A stretch of DNA of 53,066 nucleotides from an uncultured Candidatus Saccharibacteria bacterium (GTDB lineage: Bacteria; Patescibacteriota; Saccharimonadia; Saccharimonadales; Saccharimonadaceae), in NCBI GenBank assembly GCA_946404685.1, contig CAMJEK010000001.1, forward strand, positions 1-53,066, given 5' to 3'. Positions within the stretch are counted from its first letter, which is position 1. Each line of letters opens with the position of its first letter. The notes below the pieces were generated by a model. The model was not told the origin of the DNA and ran no database searches. It worked only from the letters and a program-made list of their open reading frames with translations. Shown here piece by piece: positions 37,851-47,399 of the stretch. Position numbers and translations under genes: made by a program.

Positions 37851-39101
37851 ATGCTAGATATTAACTTCATCCGCGAAAACCTCGATTTGGTACAAAAGTC
37901 GGCCAAAGAGAAGGGTTACACAATTGACATAAAAAAAGTTATTGAGCTGGATGATTCCCGAAAGTCCGTTCTTCAAGAAACTGAAGAGCTTCGCCGCAAG
38001 CGCAATGAAATCGCTGCCCAGATGAAGGGTGGCAAGCCTGACCCGAAGCTTATCGAAGAGGGAAAAACAATCAAGGAACAGCTCGTCTCTTTGGAAGAGA
38101 AGCTCGCTTCCGCCGAAAAAGAATTAAAATCTGTCGCAAAAACCATTCCAAACATCATCTTTGAAGACGTTCCTTTGGGCGGCGAAGAATGTAGTGTCGA
38201 AGTCGCCTCTTGGGGTGGCAAAAAGCCAGCCGAGGAGGGCGTTGATCATCTCGACTATGCTATCTCTCGTGGTTGGGTAGATTTTGATCGTGGCGCGAAA
38301 GTTGCTGGCGCAAAATTCTATTATCTTAAAGACGAACTTGCACTTCTCGAAAATGCCCTTATTCAATACGGCATCAAGAAGGTTACCGAAAAAGGATTCC
38401 ATTTTATCACCGTTCCAGATCTCGTCAGCTCTAAGGTTCTCGAGGGAACCGGTTTCTGTCCACGCACCTCAGAACAATCTGATGAATACTATATCGAAGG
38501 TGAAGATTTAGCCCTGATTGCAACCGCCGAAATTGCTCTCACTGGCTATCATATGGATGAAATCATCGACGAAAAGGATCTCCCAATCTGCTATGCTGGT
38601 CTCTCGGCCTGTTTCCGTAAGGAAGCCGGTTCGGCCGGAAAACACACTCGCGGCCTCTTCCGTGTTCACCAATTCAATAAGCTCGAAATGTATGTTTTCT
38701 GTCTTCCAGAAAAATCCAAAGAAATGCATGAAACAATTCGTGGCATCGAAGAAGAAATCTGGCAAGAACTTGGTATTCCGTACCACGTTATCAATATTGC
38801 TGCTGGTGACCTCGGTTTTCCTGCCGCTAAGAAATATGATATTGAATACTGGTCCCCAATTGACCAAACCTATCGTGAAATCACTAGCTGTTCTAACTGT
38901 ACTGATTTTCAGGCACGTAATTTGAATATTCGCGTTCGCCGTAGTGATGGCAGGATTGAGGTGTTGCATACTCTAAACGGCACCGCTGTTTCTCTAGCAC
39001 GTACTATGGTTGCTATGATTGAGAACTACGCAAAAATGGGTGAAAAAATGAAAATTCCAGAGGCTTTGAGGCCATATCTAAACAACAAGGAGGAAATCTA
39101 A
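37851..39101 (+). CDS. serS: Serine-tRNA ligase
   Basis: MLDINFIREN, ATAE, CFRKEAG..RGLFRVHQF, EITSCSNCTDFQAR, HTLNGT. Confidence 0.97.
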   Translation: MLDINFIRENLDLVQKSAKEKGYTIDIKKVIELDDSRKSVLQETEELRRKRNEIAAQMKGGKPDPKLIEEGKTIKEQLVSLEEKLASAEKELKSVAKTIPNIIFEDVPLGGEECSVEVASWGGKKPAEEGVDHLDYAISRGWVDFDRGAKVAGAKFYYLKDELALLENALIQYGIKKVTEKGFHFITVPDLVSSKVLEGTGFCPRTSEQSDEYYIEGEDLALIATAEIALTGYHMDEIIDEKDLPICYAGLSACFRKEAGSAGKHTRGLFRVHQFNKLEMYVFCLPEKSKEMHETIRGIEEEIWQELGIPYHVINIAAGDLGFPAAKKYDIEYWSPIDQTYREITSCSNCTDFQARNLNIRVRRSDGRIEVLHTLNGTAVSLARTMVAMIENYAKMGEKMKIPEALRPYLNNKEEI

Positions 39102-39102
39102 T

Positions 39103-39465
39103 ATGATCGAGAAGATCGAAATCACTGGTAGTAATTACAAAGTTGAAGAGACATTCAAGAAATATGCCACAAAGCGTATTGGGAAACTCGATCGTTATCT
39201 TCCACGTTCCGCCAAAAAAGATGTTGTTGTTAAAATCATGGTCATTGGTACTGAGCGTGCTCATGGTGAAAAATTCGAAATTTCTGTCGCTATGGATATC
39301 CCAGGTGGCAAGGTTATCGCTGCAAAAGACGAGTGTTCAAACGTCTTTGCTGGTATCGATTTAGTCGAAGCTAAGCTCACCGGCCAAATCCGCCGTTTCA
39401 AGCTTGAGCAAACTCCACACATGCAGAAAAAATCGTTCAGGAATCTCTTTATTAAGAGAAAATAG
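39103..39465 (+). CDS. hpf: Ribosome hibernation factor HPF/RaiA (short form)
   Basis: IEITG..Y..KRIGKLDRY...FAGIDLVEAKL..QIRRFK. Confidence 0.85.
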   Translation: MIEKIEITGSNYKVEETFKKYATKRIGKLDRYLPRSAKKDVVVKIMVIGTERAHGEKFEISVAMDIPGGKVIAAKDECSNVFAGIDLVEAKLTGQIRRFKLEQTPHMQKKSFRNLFIKRK

Positions 39466-39511
39466 TGTGCTAGAATTAAGAGAAGATAAATAATTTCCGT
39501 TGGAGGTCTAA

Positions 39512-42319
39512 TTGGCTATGGCTAAGAAACACGTCGAGTCTAAAGGTGCGGTGGCGAAAAAAACTAAAGAGAAAAAACCTACAGATAAACTAGCAGACAA
39601 AACTGCAATGACCAAGTTTTTGCAGGGTATTTTTGGTGATGCGCAAAAGAAAATCTTGAAGCGCATGTGGAAAAAAGCTCAAGAAATTAACGCTCTCGAG
39701 GATAAATACGAAAAGATGTCCGACGAAGAGCTCGCCTCTCAGACCGAAGTCTTCAAAAAGAAGATTGATAAGGCTTTGAAAAAATCCTCCACCGAAGAAG
39801 CCTCTAAGAAATCCTCCAAAAAGGCTAAAAAGAGCCTAAAAAAGCTCAATAGTGATGCCAAAATTCTCGACGAAATCCTTCCAGATGCTTTTGCGGTCGC
39901 CCGCGAGGCCTCAAAGCGTGTTCTTAAAATGCGCCCATACGATGTCCAGCTCATTGGTGGTATTGTCCTTCATGAAGGCAATGTTGCCGAAATGAAAACC
40001 GGTGAAGGTAAAACTCTTGTCGCCATGCTCCCAGCCTACCTCAACGCACTTACCGGCCGCGGCGTCCACGTCGTGACCGTAAACGACTATCTCGCTCAGC
40101 GTGATGCTGGTTGGAATGGTCCAGTCTATGATTTCCTCGGCATGTCCGTTGGTGTCATTATTAACAATGCTTCCTTTATCTACGATAAGACCTACGAAAA
40201 CGAAGAGCACGATGATGAGCGCTTCCGTCACTTGAGGCCTGCCACCCGTAAAGAGGCCTACAATGCCGACATCACCTACGGTACTAACAATGAATTTGGT
40301 TTTGATTATCTTCGCGACAACATGGCTTCAGAGGTCCAATACCTCCGCCAACGTGAACTTAACTTTGCTATCGTCGATGAGGTGGACTCAATCTTGATCG
40401 ATGAAGCACGCACTCCGCTTATTATTTCTGCCCCTGCTGGCGACAATCCGGATGCATACTATCAATTCGCCAAAATTGCCAACCGTCTCACCGAAGAAGA
40501 CTACGTCTTCGACGAAAAGCGTCGTTCTGTCACCTTGAGTGATAAGGGTATCGAAAAAGTCCAAAAAATCCTCGGCGTCGACAACCTCTACTCAACCAAA
40601 AATACTCGCCTAGTCTATCATATGGATCAAGCTCTTCGCGCCGAAGTCGTCTTCAAGCGCGACAAAGATTATGTCGTGACCAACTCTGGCGAAGTGATTA
40701 TTGTTGATGAGCACACCGGCCGTCTCATGCAGGGCCGCCGCTACAACGAAGGTCTCCATCAGGCTATCGAAGCAAAGGAGGGCGTCGTAGTGAAAGAGGA
40801 GTCTATGACTCTTGCTACCATCTCATTCCAGAACTTCTTCCGTCTCTATCGTAAACTCTCTGGCATGACTGGTACTGCCTTTACCGAAGCTGAGGAGTTC
40901 CAACAGATCTATGCCCTCGACGTAATCCAAATCCCGCCAAACAAGCCAATCGCCCGTATTGATAAGGACGACTTGATTTACAAAACCAAAGCTGCCAAAC
41001 TCAAGGCTATCGCTTCCGAGATTAAGAAATATCACGCCAAGGGTCAGCCAGTACTTGTTGGCTCTGGTTCAATCGTGAATAACGAAGAAATCGCTCGCTA
41101 TCTTGATGCTGAGCACATCCCATACGAAATCTTGAACGCTAAGAACAACGAACGTGAAGCTGCCATCATTGCCAAAGCTGGTGAAAAAGGTGCCATCACG
41201 CTTGCTACTAACATGGCCGGTCGTGGTACCGATATTAAACTTGGCGAAGGTGTCAAAGAGCTCGGTGGTCTCGTCGTGATTGGCTCCGAGCGTCATGATT
41301 CACGCCGTGTTGATAATCAGCTTCGTGGTCGTGGCGGACGTCAGGGTGATCCAGGAACCACTCAATTCTTTGTCTCTTGCGAAGACGACCTTATGCGTAT
41401 CTTCCAGGGTGACCGCGTCAAGATGCTCATGACCCGGCTTGGTGTTGCCGATGATCAGCCAATCCAAACTCGTGCTATCTCTAGGACTCTTGAATCTGCC
41501 CAGAAGCGCATCGAAGGCTTCAACTTCGACTCCCGTAAAAACGTTGTTCAATACGATAACGTCATTAACCGTCACCGTAAGGTTGTCTATATGATTCGTC
41601 GTAAGATTCTCGAAGGTGAGGACATCTTCTCTGAAATCAAACGCCTCATGCGCGACGAGGCCGAAACTCTAACTCTCCAATCTTCCCGTGTCAATAAAAA
41701 CTTCGACGAGGAATTTAAATCCGTCTTCGACTTTGATGAAGATTTGATTCATGAAATTGGTCTCATTCGCAAAGAAAGTGAGCGCAAAAAGCTCGCACTC
41801 GAGGCTATTGAAGAGGCCTATCATAATAAAGAACTCGAATTTGGCGAAGATATTATGCGCAAAGTTGAGCGTGAGGTCTACCTCAAGGTTCTCGATACGC
41901 TTTGGATGCAACATCTCGAAAACATGCAACATCTCCGTGAGGGAATCCACTGGCGCTCTGTCGGTCAGCGCGATCCACTCGTTGAATATCGTTCTGAATC
42001 ACAAAAGCTCTTTGATGGCCTTCAGCGCAGCCTCCGTGAGGAAGTCTTGAAGATTCTCCTCTCGATTACACCAGCCGAAGCTCGTGCCACCGATGTTATT
42101 GACGGTGAGTCTTATGATTCCGACCTCACTAAGATGGCAGAATCCGCAACCGAGAAGGGTGTCAACGAGATTAGCAAGGGTGATAAAAACCTTGATTCCG
42201 AATTTAAGAAATCTTCTGGCACCAAGACTACTGCGAATGCTCCAAAGAAATCTCGCAAGAACGAAGCCAAGAAAAAGAAGAAACAATCACGTCAAAACAA
42301 GAAAAAAGGACGTCGCTGA
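39512..42319 (+). CDS. secA: Preprotein translocase ATPase SecA
   Basis: EMKTGEGKT, VDEVDSILIDEARTPLIIS, ATNMAGRGTDI, QLRGRGGRQGDPG; start TTG 39512 (GGAGG upstream) or ATG 39518. Confidence 0.97.
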   Translation: MAMAKKHVESKGAVAKKTKEKKPTDKLADKTAMTKFLQGIFGDAQKKILKRMWKKAQEINALEDKYEKMSDEELASQTEVFKKKIDKALKKSSTEEASKKSSKKAKKSLKKLNSDAKILDEILPDAFAVAREASKRVLKMRPYDVQLIGGIVLHEGNVAEMKTGEGKTLVAMLPAYLNALTGRGVHVVTVNDYLAQRDAGWNGPVYDFLGMSVGVIINNASFIYDKTYENEEHDDERFRHLRPATRKEAYNADITYGTNNEFGFDYLRDNMASEVQYLRQRELNFAIVDEVDSILIDEARTPLIISAPAGDNPDAYYQFAKIANRLTEEDYVFDEKRRSVTLSDKGIEKVQKILGVDNLYSTKNTRLVYHMDQALRAEVVFKRDKDYVVTNSGEVIIVDEHTGRLMQGRRYNEGLHQAIEAKEGVVVKEESMTLATISFQNFFRLYRKLSGMTGTAFTEAEEFQQIYALDVIQIPPNKPIARIDKDDLIYKTKAAKLKAIASEIKKYHAKGQPVLVGSGSIVNNEEIARYLDAEHIPYEILNAKNNEREAAIIAKAGEKGAITLATNMAGRGTDIKLGEGVKELGGLVVIGSERHDSRRVDNQLRGRGGRQGDPGTTQFFVSCEDDLMRIFQGDRVKMLMTRLGVADDQPIQTRAISRTLESAQKRIEGFNFDSRKNVVQYDNVINRHRKVVYMIRRKILEGEDIFSEIKRLMRDEAETLTLQSSRVNKNFDEEFKSVFDFDEDLIHEIGLIRKESERKKLALEAIEEAYHNKELEFGEDIMRKVEREVYLKVLDTLWMQHLENMQHLREGIHWRSVGQRDPLVEYRSESQKLFDGLQRSLREEVLKILLSITPAEARATDVIDGESYDSDLTKMAESATEKGVNEISKGDKNLDSEFKKSSGTKTTANAPKKSRKNEAKKKKKQSRQNKKKGRR

Positions 42320-42321
42320 CG

Positions 42322-42362
42322 TCACATATAATAATTATAGCACAAAAACCGCAAAAAGTCAA
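42322..42362 (-). promoter_or_regulatory. Antisense sigma70 promoter facing the secA 3' end, followed by ATG-TGA
   Basis: TTGACT-N17-TATAAT with TG extension, then 6 nt and ATGTGA. Confidence 0.6.
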
Positions 42363-42376
42363 GTAGAGTCTGGACA

Positions 42377-43648
42377 ATGAAACATTCAGTTGAAGAAATA
42401 ACCTTGAAAAATGGTGCTAAGGGCCTTCTTATTGATGTCCCTGGCGCTAGTGTGATGGCTACGCGCATCCAGTTCCGCGCCGGCATGCGCTACGCCAAGA
42501 GTCCAGATGTCTACGAGATTCCACACATCGTGGAACACCTCGCCTTCGGGGCCAACGCTAAATACAAAGATGAGCAGGCTTTCGAGGCGGACTTCACCAA
42601 AAACGGCGCCTATCACAACGCCTGGACTTCCGATATCTCTGTTTGTTACGAAACAGAATGCGCTGATTTCGAATGGGATCGCATCATGAATCTCCAAGGG
42701 GTTTCGATTTGTGAGCCACGCTTCAATGAGGAAGAATTGAAGGCCGAAAAGGGCAACGTCCGCTCTGAGCTAACCGGATATATGAATAATTATTACCGCT
42801 TGCTCTGGCCACGTTTGCAGCGCGAAGTCGGCGAAGATATTTTGGATCTTCAGGAACGCATCAAGACTATCCCAAACATCGAGCTAAAAGATATTCGTGA
42901 GCATTATCGTCGCACTCACACGGCCAAAAACATGTCGTTTATTATTGCTGGCAAAGTCCACTCCCGAAAACACGAAATCATTAAGATGCTCGAAGATTGG
43001 AAGCTGAAAGAGGGTTATAAGTTTACAATCCCGATGGATGAAATGCATTCTGCGGAGGCTGTTTCTATTCGCCGAAAGGATGCCTCGAACATCACCTTTG
43101 GCTTTTCTCTTATCACCAAGCGTCATCTCGAGTCAAACGAAGTTTTCGCTATGAACTGTCTCAATCATATTTTGAACGGCACCACAAATTCCAAGATTTT
43201 TGGCGCCGCCAGGAAGCGTGGCCTCATCTACGGTATGGGCTCGTCGGTTTCCTCAAACGCGCACTGCTCGTACTGGGATTTCGATGGTGAAGTTAACGTC
43301 GAAAACGCCGAGGAGCTCTTCAAATTGATTCAAAAAGAGCTCACCAAAGCTTTGAATGGTGAGACTTCTGACAAAGATTTTGAAGCCGCCAAATCGTACG
43401 CAACCGGTCGTTTCCAGATGGGTGCCCAAACTGTGGGACAAATTGCTGACTATTATGCCGAAAATTATTTCTTGAACGAAGATATTGAAAAATACGAAGA
43501 TATTCCAAAGGCTATTCAATCTATTGATAAAAACAAAATGATTGAACTCGCCCGCGAGTTCGCCGATTCTGGCGTACGCGCCCTTGTAACAGTTTCAAGT
43601 GTTGAAAAATCAGTTATTTCTGGCCTAGAAGCATATCTAAATTTCTAA
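42377..43648 (+). CDS. M16 family Zn peptidase
   Basis: Inverted zincin HIVEH, NAWT, RKRGLIY. Confidence 0.88.
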   Translation: MKHSVEEITLKNGAKGLLIDVPGASVMATRIQFRAGMRYAKSPDVYEIPHIVEHLAFGANAKYKDEQAFEADFTKNGAYHNAWTSDISVCYETECADFEWDRIMNLQGVSICEPRFNEEELKAEKGNVRSELTGYMNNYYRLLWPRLQREVGEDILDLQERIKTIPNIELKDIREHYRRTHTAKNMSFIIAGKVHSRKHEIIKMLEDWKLKEGYKFTIPMDEMHSAEAVSIRRKDASNITFGFSLITKRHLESNEVFAMNCLNHILNGTTNSKIFGAARKRGLIYGMGSSVSSNAHCSYWDFDGEVNVENAEELFKLIQKELTKALNGETSDKDFEAAKSYATGRFQMGAQTVGQIADYYAENYFLNEDIEKYEDIPKAIQSIDKNKMIELAREFADSGVRALVTVSSVEKSVISGLEAYLNF

Positions 43649-43664
43649 ATAGCCAAGCTAACAA

Positions 43665-44957
43665 TCAAATCTTGCTAAAATTTTTGACGAAATCCTGCAC
43701 AGGATACTCATTTTTATAACTAAAACTTTGTGGAGCCGGCACCTCAAAAGGCAAATCGGCGTATCCTTCGAGTTTCTTGTGGTATGCTTCGCGAAGCTCG
43801 CTAACTTCACCTACGCATTCAAATGGTTTTTTAGCGCCATCTACCCCAAGAAGACCCTTAAAATCTTCGACTAGTTTTGGATTCTTGAATAAATCATTCC
43901 CAAACAGGGCCATCAAATCCTTGGCTGGCACAAATGGTGCGAAAATTAAAAATGAGTTGGCGCATTTTGCGCATTCGCCGCACCAGGTTAACTTGGTGTT
44001 GTCGACTTTTTGGCGATAGTTCGCGACGTTGCAAGAACTGAATGAGTGGCCATATTTTGCCCAGCATTTTTCGGAGAAAAGCTCGGCGATCCTAAGTTCG
44101 GAATAGCCCCTAAGCAGCGATCCTACCTGGATTTCGGAGGAAATATAACGATGTACATATTCAGCGAAGTACTTTTCGGCCGTCCATGTCTTGCTCCATT
44201 GGTGGTTGACCGCCAAATCGCCGGCCTCGGCATCAGAAATAACCGAGTGAGGCTCCTCACCTTCATGTCCAATACTGGTAATAACAATGCTGCGGTGATC
44301 CAAAATCGCCTGAGCTAGGGCATAGCTCATCAGGATATAAGTGACCGGAATGTGGCCATTCAAGTATCCTGGGCGAGCAGAGGCTGCATTCAGTCCATTA
44401 ATATCTACCTCGCGAATGACATGGTCAACCGCAGGGCTAATCTCGTCAATCACCTCTGGATGGTTCGAAGTGCTACCTGCATAAAACGCCACCCAATCTT
44501 TTTCTTCTTCATCAAGTAGTGTCGCGGTAAGAATTGAATCTTTGCCACCAGATTGAAGCGCCAATACTCGACCCTGGCCAAACGGCAAAGCCACCTTGGT
44601 CAAATCTTCTTCGAGGGTAGGTTTAAATGAAACTAAATCTTTTCTGGTTAAAGTATTTTCAAAGGCGAACTGCGAAAGCCCCTCATTATAGACCATATTC
44701 AGGAATTTGGCCGTGAACTTGTCGATTTCAAAAGGCAAGACCGCACCGCGCGTTGGGTGTGCCTTATAATAAGACGTCCCAGCCAAAAGGAAACTGAGCT
44801 TCAGAGCTCGGTCTAGAACCTCGTCGAGCGCCGGTGAGTATTCGACATTCTTCTTAAAATGAACGGTTTCCGTGAAAAAGAGCCCGTCCTCATCGGCATA
44901 GCGAAAGTTCGCAACAAAGGTATTCTTATCAAAATCGTAGCCCACAAAACGAAACAT
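43665..44957 (-). CDS. murL: UDP-MurNAc-L-Ala-L-Glu epimerase MurL-like
   Basis: SYYK, SGGKDS, NGHIP, VNHQWSK, FSSCN, WCGECAKC, KPFECVG; coupled to murD. Confidence 0.8.
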   Translation of the reverse strand: MFRFVGYDFDKNTFVANFRYADEDGLFFTETVHFKKNVEYSPALDEVLDRALKLSFLLAGTSYYKAHPTRGAVLPFEIDKFTAKFLNMVYNEGLSQFAFENTLTRKDLVSFKPTLEEDLTKVALPFGQGRVLALQSGGKDSILTATLLDEEEKDWVAFYAGSTSNHPEVIDEISPAVDHVIREVDINGLNAASARPGYLNGHIPVTYILMSYALAQAILDHRSIVITSIGHEGEEPHSVISDAEAGDLAVNHQWSKTWTAEKYFAEYVHRYISSEIQVGSLLRGYSELRIAELFSEKCWAKYGHSFSSCNVANYRQKVDNTKLTWCGECAKCANSFLIFAPFVPAKDLMALFGNDLFKNPKLVEDFKGLLGVDGAKKPFECVGEVSELREAYHKKLEGYADLPFEVPAPQSFSYKNEYPVQDFVKNFSKI

Positions 44958-46183
44958 TATTTTAGTCCTTCTACATATTTATGGAATAGCTCACCACGTT
45001 CGCTGAAGTTTTTAAACATATCAAACGAGGCTGCACCCGGAGACATCAAGACAATGGCTGGCTCCTTGAATTCTTCGGCGAGAGCCTGGGCTCTGAGAAC
45101 TGCCTGCTGAAGTGTGTCAGCGAACTCGTACTTATCTTCTGGTTCACCCTCAGCAAGGATCCCACGAGTTTCGCCAATCAGAATCGCCTTCTTCACGTTT
45201 GGACTTTCAAAAATCACCTTTTTATTTGGCGTGAGGTCGAGCCCACGATCCTTACCACCCGCAATCAGGATGGTCGGATAATCCTTAAATACCTTCACTG
45301 CTACGTCGAGCGAAGGATAGGTTGCGGAATAATTATCATCATAATACTTAACGTTTCGAAGCTCGCGCACAAACTCTACGCGATGCGGCAAACCACGGAA
45401 ATTCTCGAATGCATTCTTGATTTTGGCAAAATTCTGGTCCACGAAGTCGTTCACGTCCATGTCGTAGTAGCATGCTGCTGCGACCAACGCTGCCTTAGCG
45501 TTTTCCTTATTGTGGTCACCCGGAACACCTAGGGAATTAACGAGCTCGGTGATTTTGTCGCTCTCGACCGGATAGCCAATCTTGGTGCCCGGAGAAAGCT
45601 GTGCGAGACGCTCAGAATTTTCGTTAAATTTGTAGTAAACACAATAATCTTCAGGAGATTGGTAGGCTGCAATATGACCTTTGGCGTTCCAATAATCTTC
45701 AATGCTATAGTGACGGTCGAGGTGGTCTTGTTCTACGCGAACCAGAACTGCAATGTGCGGCGATTTCTCGAGGTCCCAAAGCTGGAAACTAGACATTTCA
45801 TAAACCACAACATCATCTGGCTTCAACTCGTCAAGTACCGAAATCGATGGAATTCCGATGTTGCCGACTAGGTGCACGCTGGCGCCCACAGCCTTCAAAA
45901 TCGCCACGGTGAGACAGCAAGTGGTGCCTTTGCCTTTGGTTCCGGTCACGCCAATAATTGGACATGGGCAATGATCGAAGAAATATTTGGTCATGCTAGA
46001 AGCGCCAGGTAGCGGCCTAACGGACGGACTGCGCAAAACCAAATCAAACCCAGACAAATCCTCCTTGCGGATTTCTTCATCTGTAAAATGATCAAAAACC
46101 TTAAATTCGGCATTAAATTTCTTAGAAAAGTATTCTTCAGAGGCTTGGCCTTCTTTGCCATAGCCCAGCAATGCGATTTTCAT
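44957..46183 (-). CDS. murD: UDP-MurNAc-L-Ala--glutamate ligase (MurD/MurD2 type)
   Basis: LGYGKEG, GVTGTKGKGTT, GNIG, EMSSFQL, DHLDRH, LPHR, SPGAASFDMFKNF..RG. Confidence 0.92.
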   Translation of the reverse strand: MKIALLGYGKEGQASEEYFSKKFNAEFKVFDHFTDEEIRKEDLSGFDLVLRSPSVRPLPGASSMTKYFFDHCPCPIIGVTGTKGKGTTCCLTVAILKAVGASVHLVGNIGIPSISVLDELKPDDVVVYEMSSFQLWDLEKSPHIAVLVRVEQDHLDRHYSIEDYWNAKGHIAAYQSPEDYCVYYKFNENSERLAQLSPGTKIGYPVESDKITELVNSLGVPGDHNKENAKAALVAAACYYDMDVNDFVDQNFAKIKNAFENFRGLPHRVEFVRELRNVKYYDDNYSATYPSLDVAVKVFKDYPTILIAGGKDRGLDLTPNKKVIFESPNVKKAILIGETRGILAEGEPEDKYEFADTLQQAVLRAQALAEEFKEPAIVLMSPGAASFDMFKNFSERGELFHKYVEGLK

Positions 46184-46202
46184 ATCTTAATTATATCACC
46201 AA

Positions 46203-46235
46203 AAAAGAATTAGCCCTAGAAGAGCTAATTCTTTT
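46203..46235 (-). terminator. Intrinsic terminator (likely bidirectional)
   Basis: AAAAGAATTAGC/GCTAATTCTTTT stem flanked by A/T tracts. Confidence 0.65.
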
Positions 46236-46240
46236 AACGG

Positions 46241-46498
46241 TTATCTTTGTGTGAGGTGCCAAGAGAGGTCGATCGAGTTAAACTCGAGACGAAGCCTTTC
46301 TCGTCCAGCCAAGACATCGAAGATGTGGAGAGTTGCTTTGCCCGCAAAGCGAATGTGCGTGCGGAGCAGCTCAGTGATTTCGGTTTCGACTCCGCCAGGT
46401 CGCTTAAAGGTAAGCGGCTGGCAAGGCGTCATTTCGTAACCGAAAAGAGCCATCACTTCGACCCGTTCATCTTGGTTATTAAGAATTGTATTTTTCAT
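46241..46498 (-). CDS. Small beta-rich hypothetical protein, 85 aa (resembles DUF6504-like proteins)
   Basis: AAGGAG RBS; E.VEV.A.F..P..F...HIFDV..LEF....W.L pattern; family assignment is from memory only. Confidence 0.65.
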   Translation of the reverse strand: MKNTILNNQDERVEVMALFGYEMTPCQPLTFKRPGGVETEITELLRTHIRFAGKATLHIFDVLAGRERLRLEFNSIDLSWHLTQR

Positions 46499-46631
46499 AA
46501 AGACTCCTTGAAATTATTAAAAGAGTCATTTATGCGAGCCTGATTTATTGGCTCCTGGCTACGGTCATAAATGACGATAACCGCAGCTTTTAGCTTTTCT
46601 CTATGCCAGTGACCGAAGTATAGCTAGAGAT
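46499..46631 (-). promoter_or_regulatory. Riboswitch-like structured leader
   Basis: TGATATAAT promoter; pseudoknot-compatible pairs, 10-bp stem and anti-SD hairpin. Confidence 0.5.
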
Positions 46632-46679
46632 ATTTTTATTATATCAAAAAACGGCCCATAAGCGTGATACAATAAAAAT

Positions 46680-47399
46680 ATGAAGAAAATCGTTGAAGTC
46701 AAAAACTTCAAGATGAGCTTTAATGGGAAAACCGTAATTAAAGATCTCGATTTTGAAGTGAATAAAGGGGAAATTTTTGGCTTGCTCGGCTCCAATGGTT
46801 CCGGCAAGACCACAACCATACGTACGCTCCTAAATCTCTATGAGCCAACCGGCGGCGAACTACTCGTCGACGGCAAAAGGTTCGATGCCAACTCCGATGT
46901 AACCGTTGGTTATCTTCCAGAGGAGCGTGGTCTCTACAAAAAGGAAACCGTCATCGACACTATGGTCTATTTCGGCAACCTAAAAGGCCTCAAAAATCCG
47001 CGCGAATGGTCTGAAAAATACCTCAGTCGCGTCGGTCTCGCCGATAAGCTAAATGAAAAAACCGAAAAACTTTCCACTGGTCAGCAGCAAAAAATTCAGC
47101 TCGGCATCTGCATTATGAATAATCCTGAGCTTTTAATTCTTGATGAGCCAACCAAGGGTTTCGACCCGGTCAACCGCAAGCTCCTCATGAATATCATTGA
47201 TGAGCTCCACAAAAAGGGAACCACAATCATTTTGATTACCCACTACATGGACGAAGTGGAACGCCTTTGCGACCGCGCTGTTCTATTGAAAGACGGCGTT
47301 GCTCACGCTTACGGCACAATTCCAGAAATCAAGAAAAAATTCGGTAATAAGTCGCTCGATGAAATCTTTGTCGAGGTCTATGGAGGTATCGATGAGTAA
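46680..47399 (+). CDS. ABC-2 transporter ATP-binding protein
   Basis: GSNGSGKTT, GYLPEERGLY, LSTGQQQK, LILDEP. Confidence 0.93.
   Translation: MKKIVEVKNFKMSFNGKTVIKDLDFEVNKGEIFGLLGSNGSGKTTTIRTLLNLYEPTGGELLVDGKRFDANSDVTVGYLPEERGLYKKETVIDTMVYFGNLKGLKNPREWSEKYLSRVGLADKLNEKTEKLSTGQQQKIQLGICIMNNPELLILDEPTKGFDPVNRKLLMNIIDELHKKGTTIILITHYMDEVERLCDRAVLLKDGVAHAYGTIPEIKKKFGNKSLDEIFVEVYGGIDE

Noticed and set aside
46550-46620. ZTP (pfl) riboswitch or HDV/hammerhead ribozyme assignment for the structured leader
   Set aside because: GGUCACUGGC is reminiscent of ZTP, but the CGCCUGGG 3' element is missing, and ribozyme catalytic cores were not found by eye
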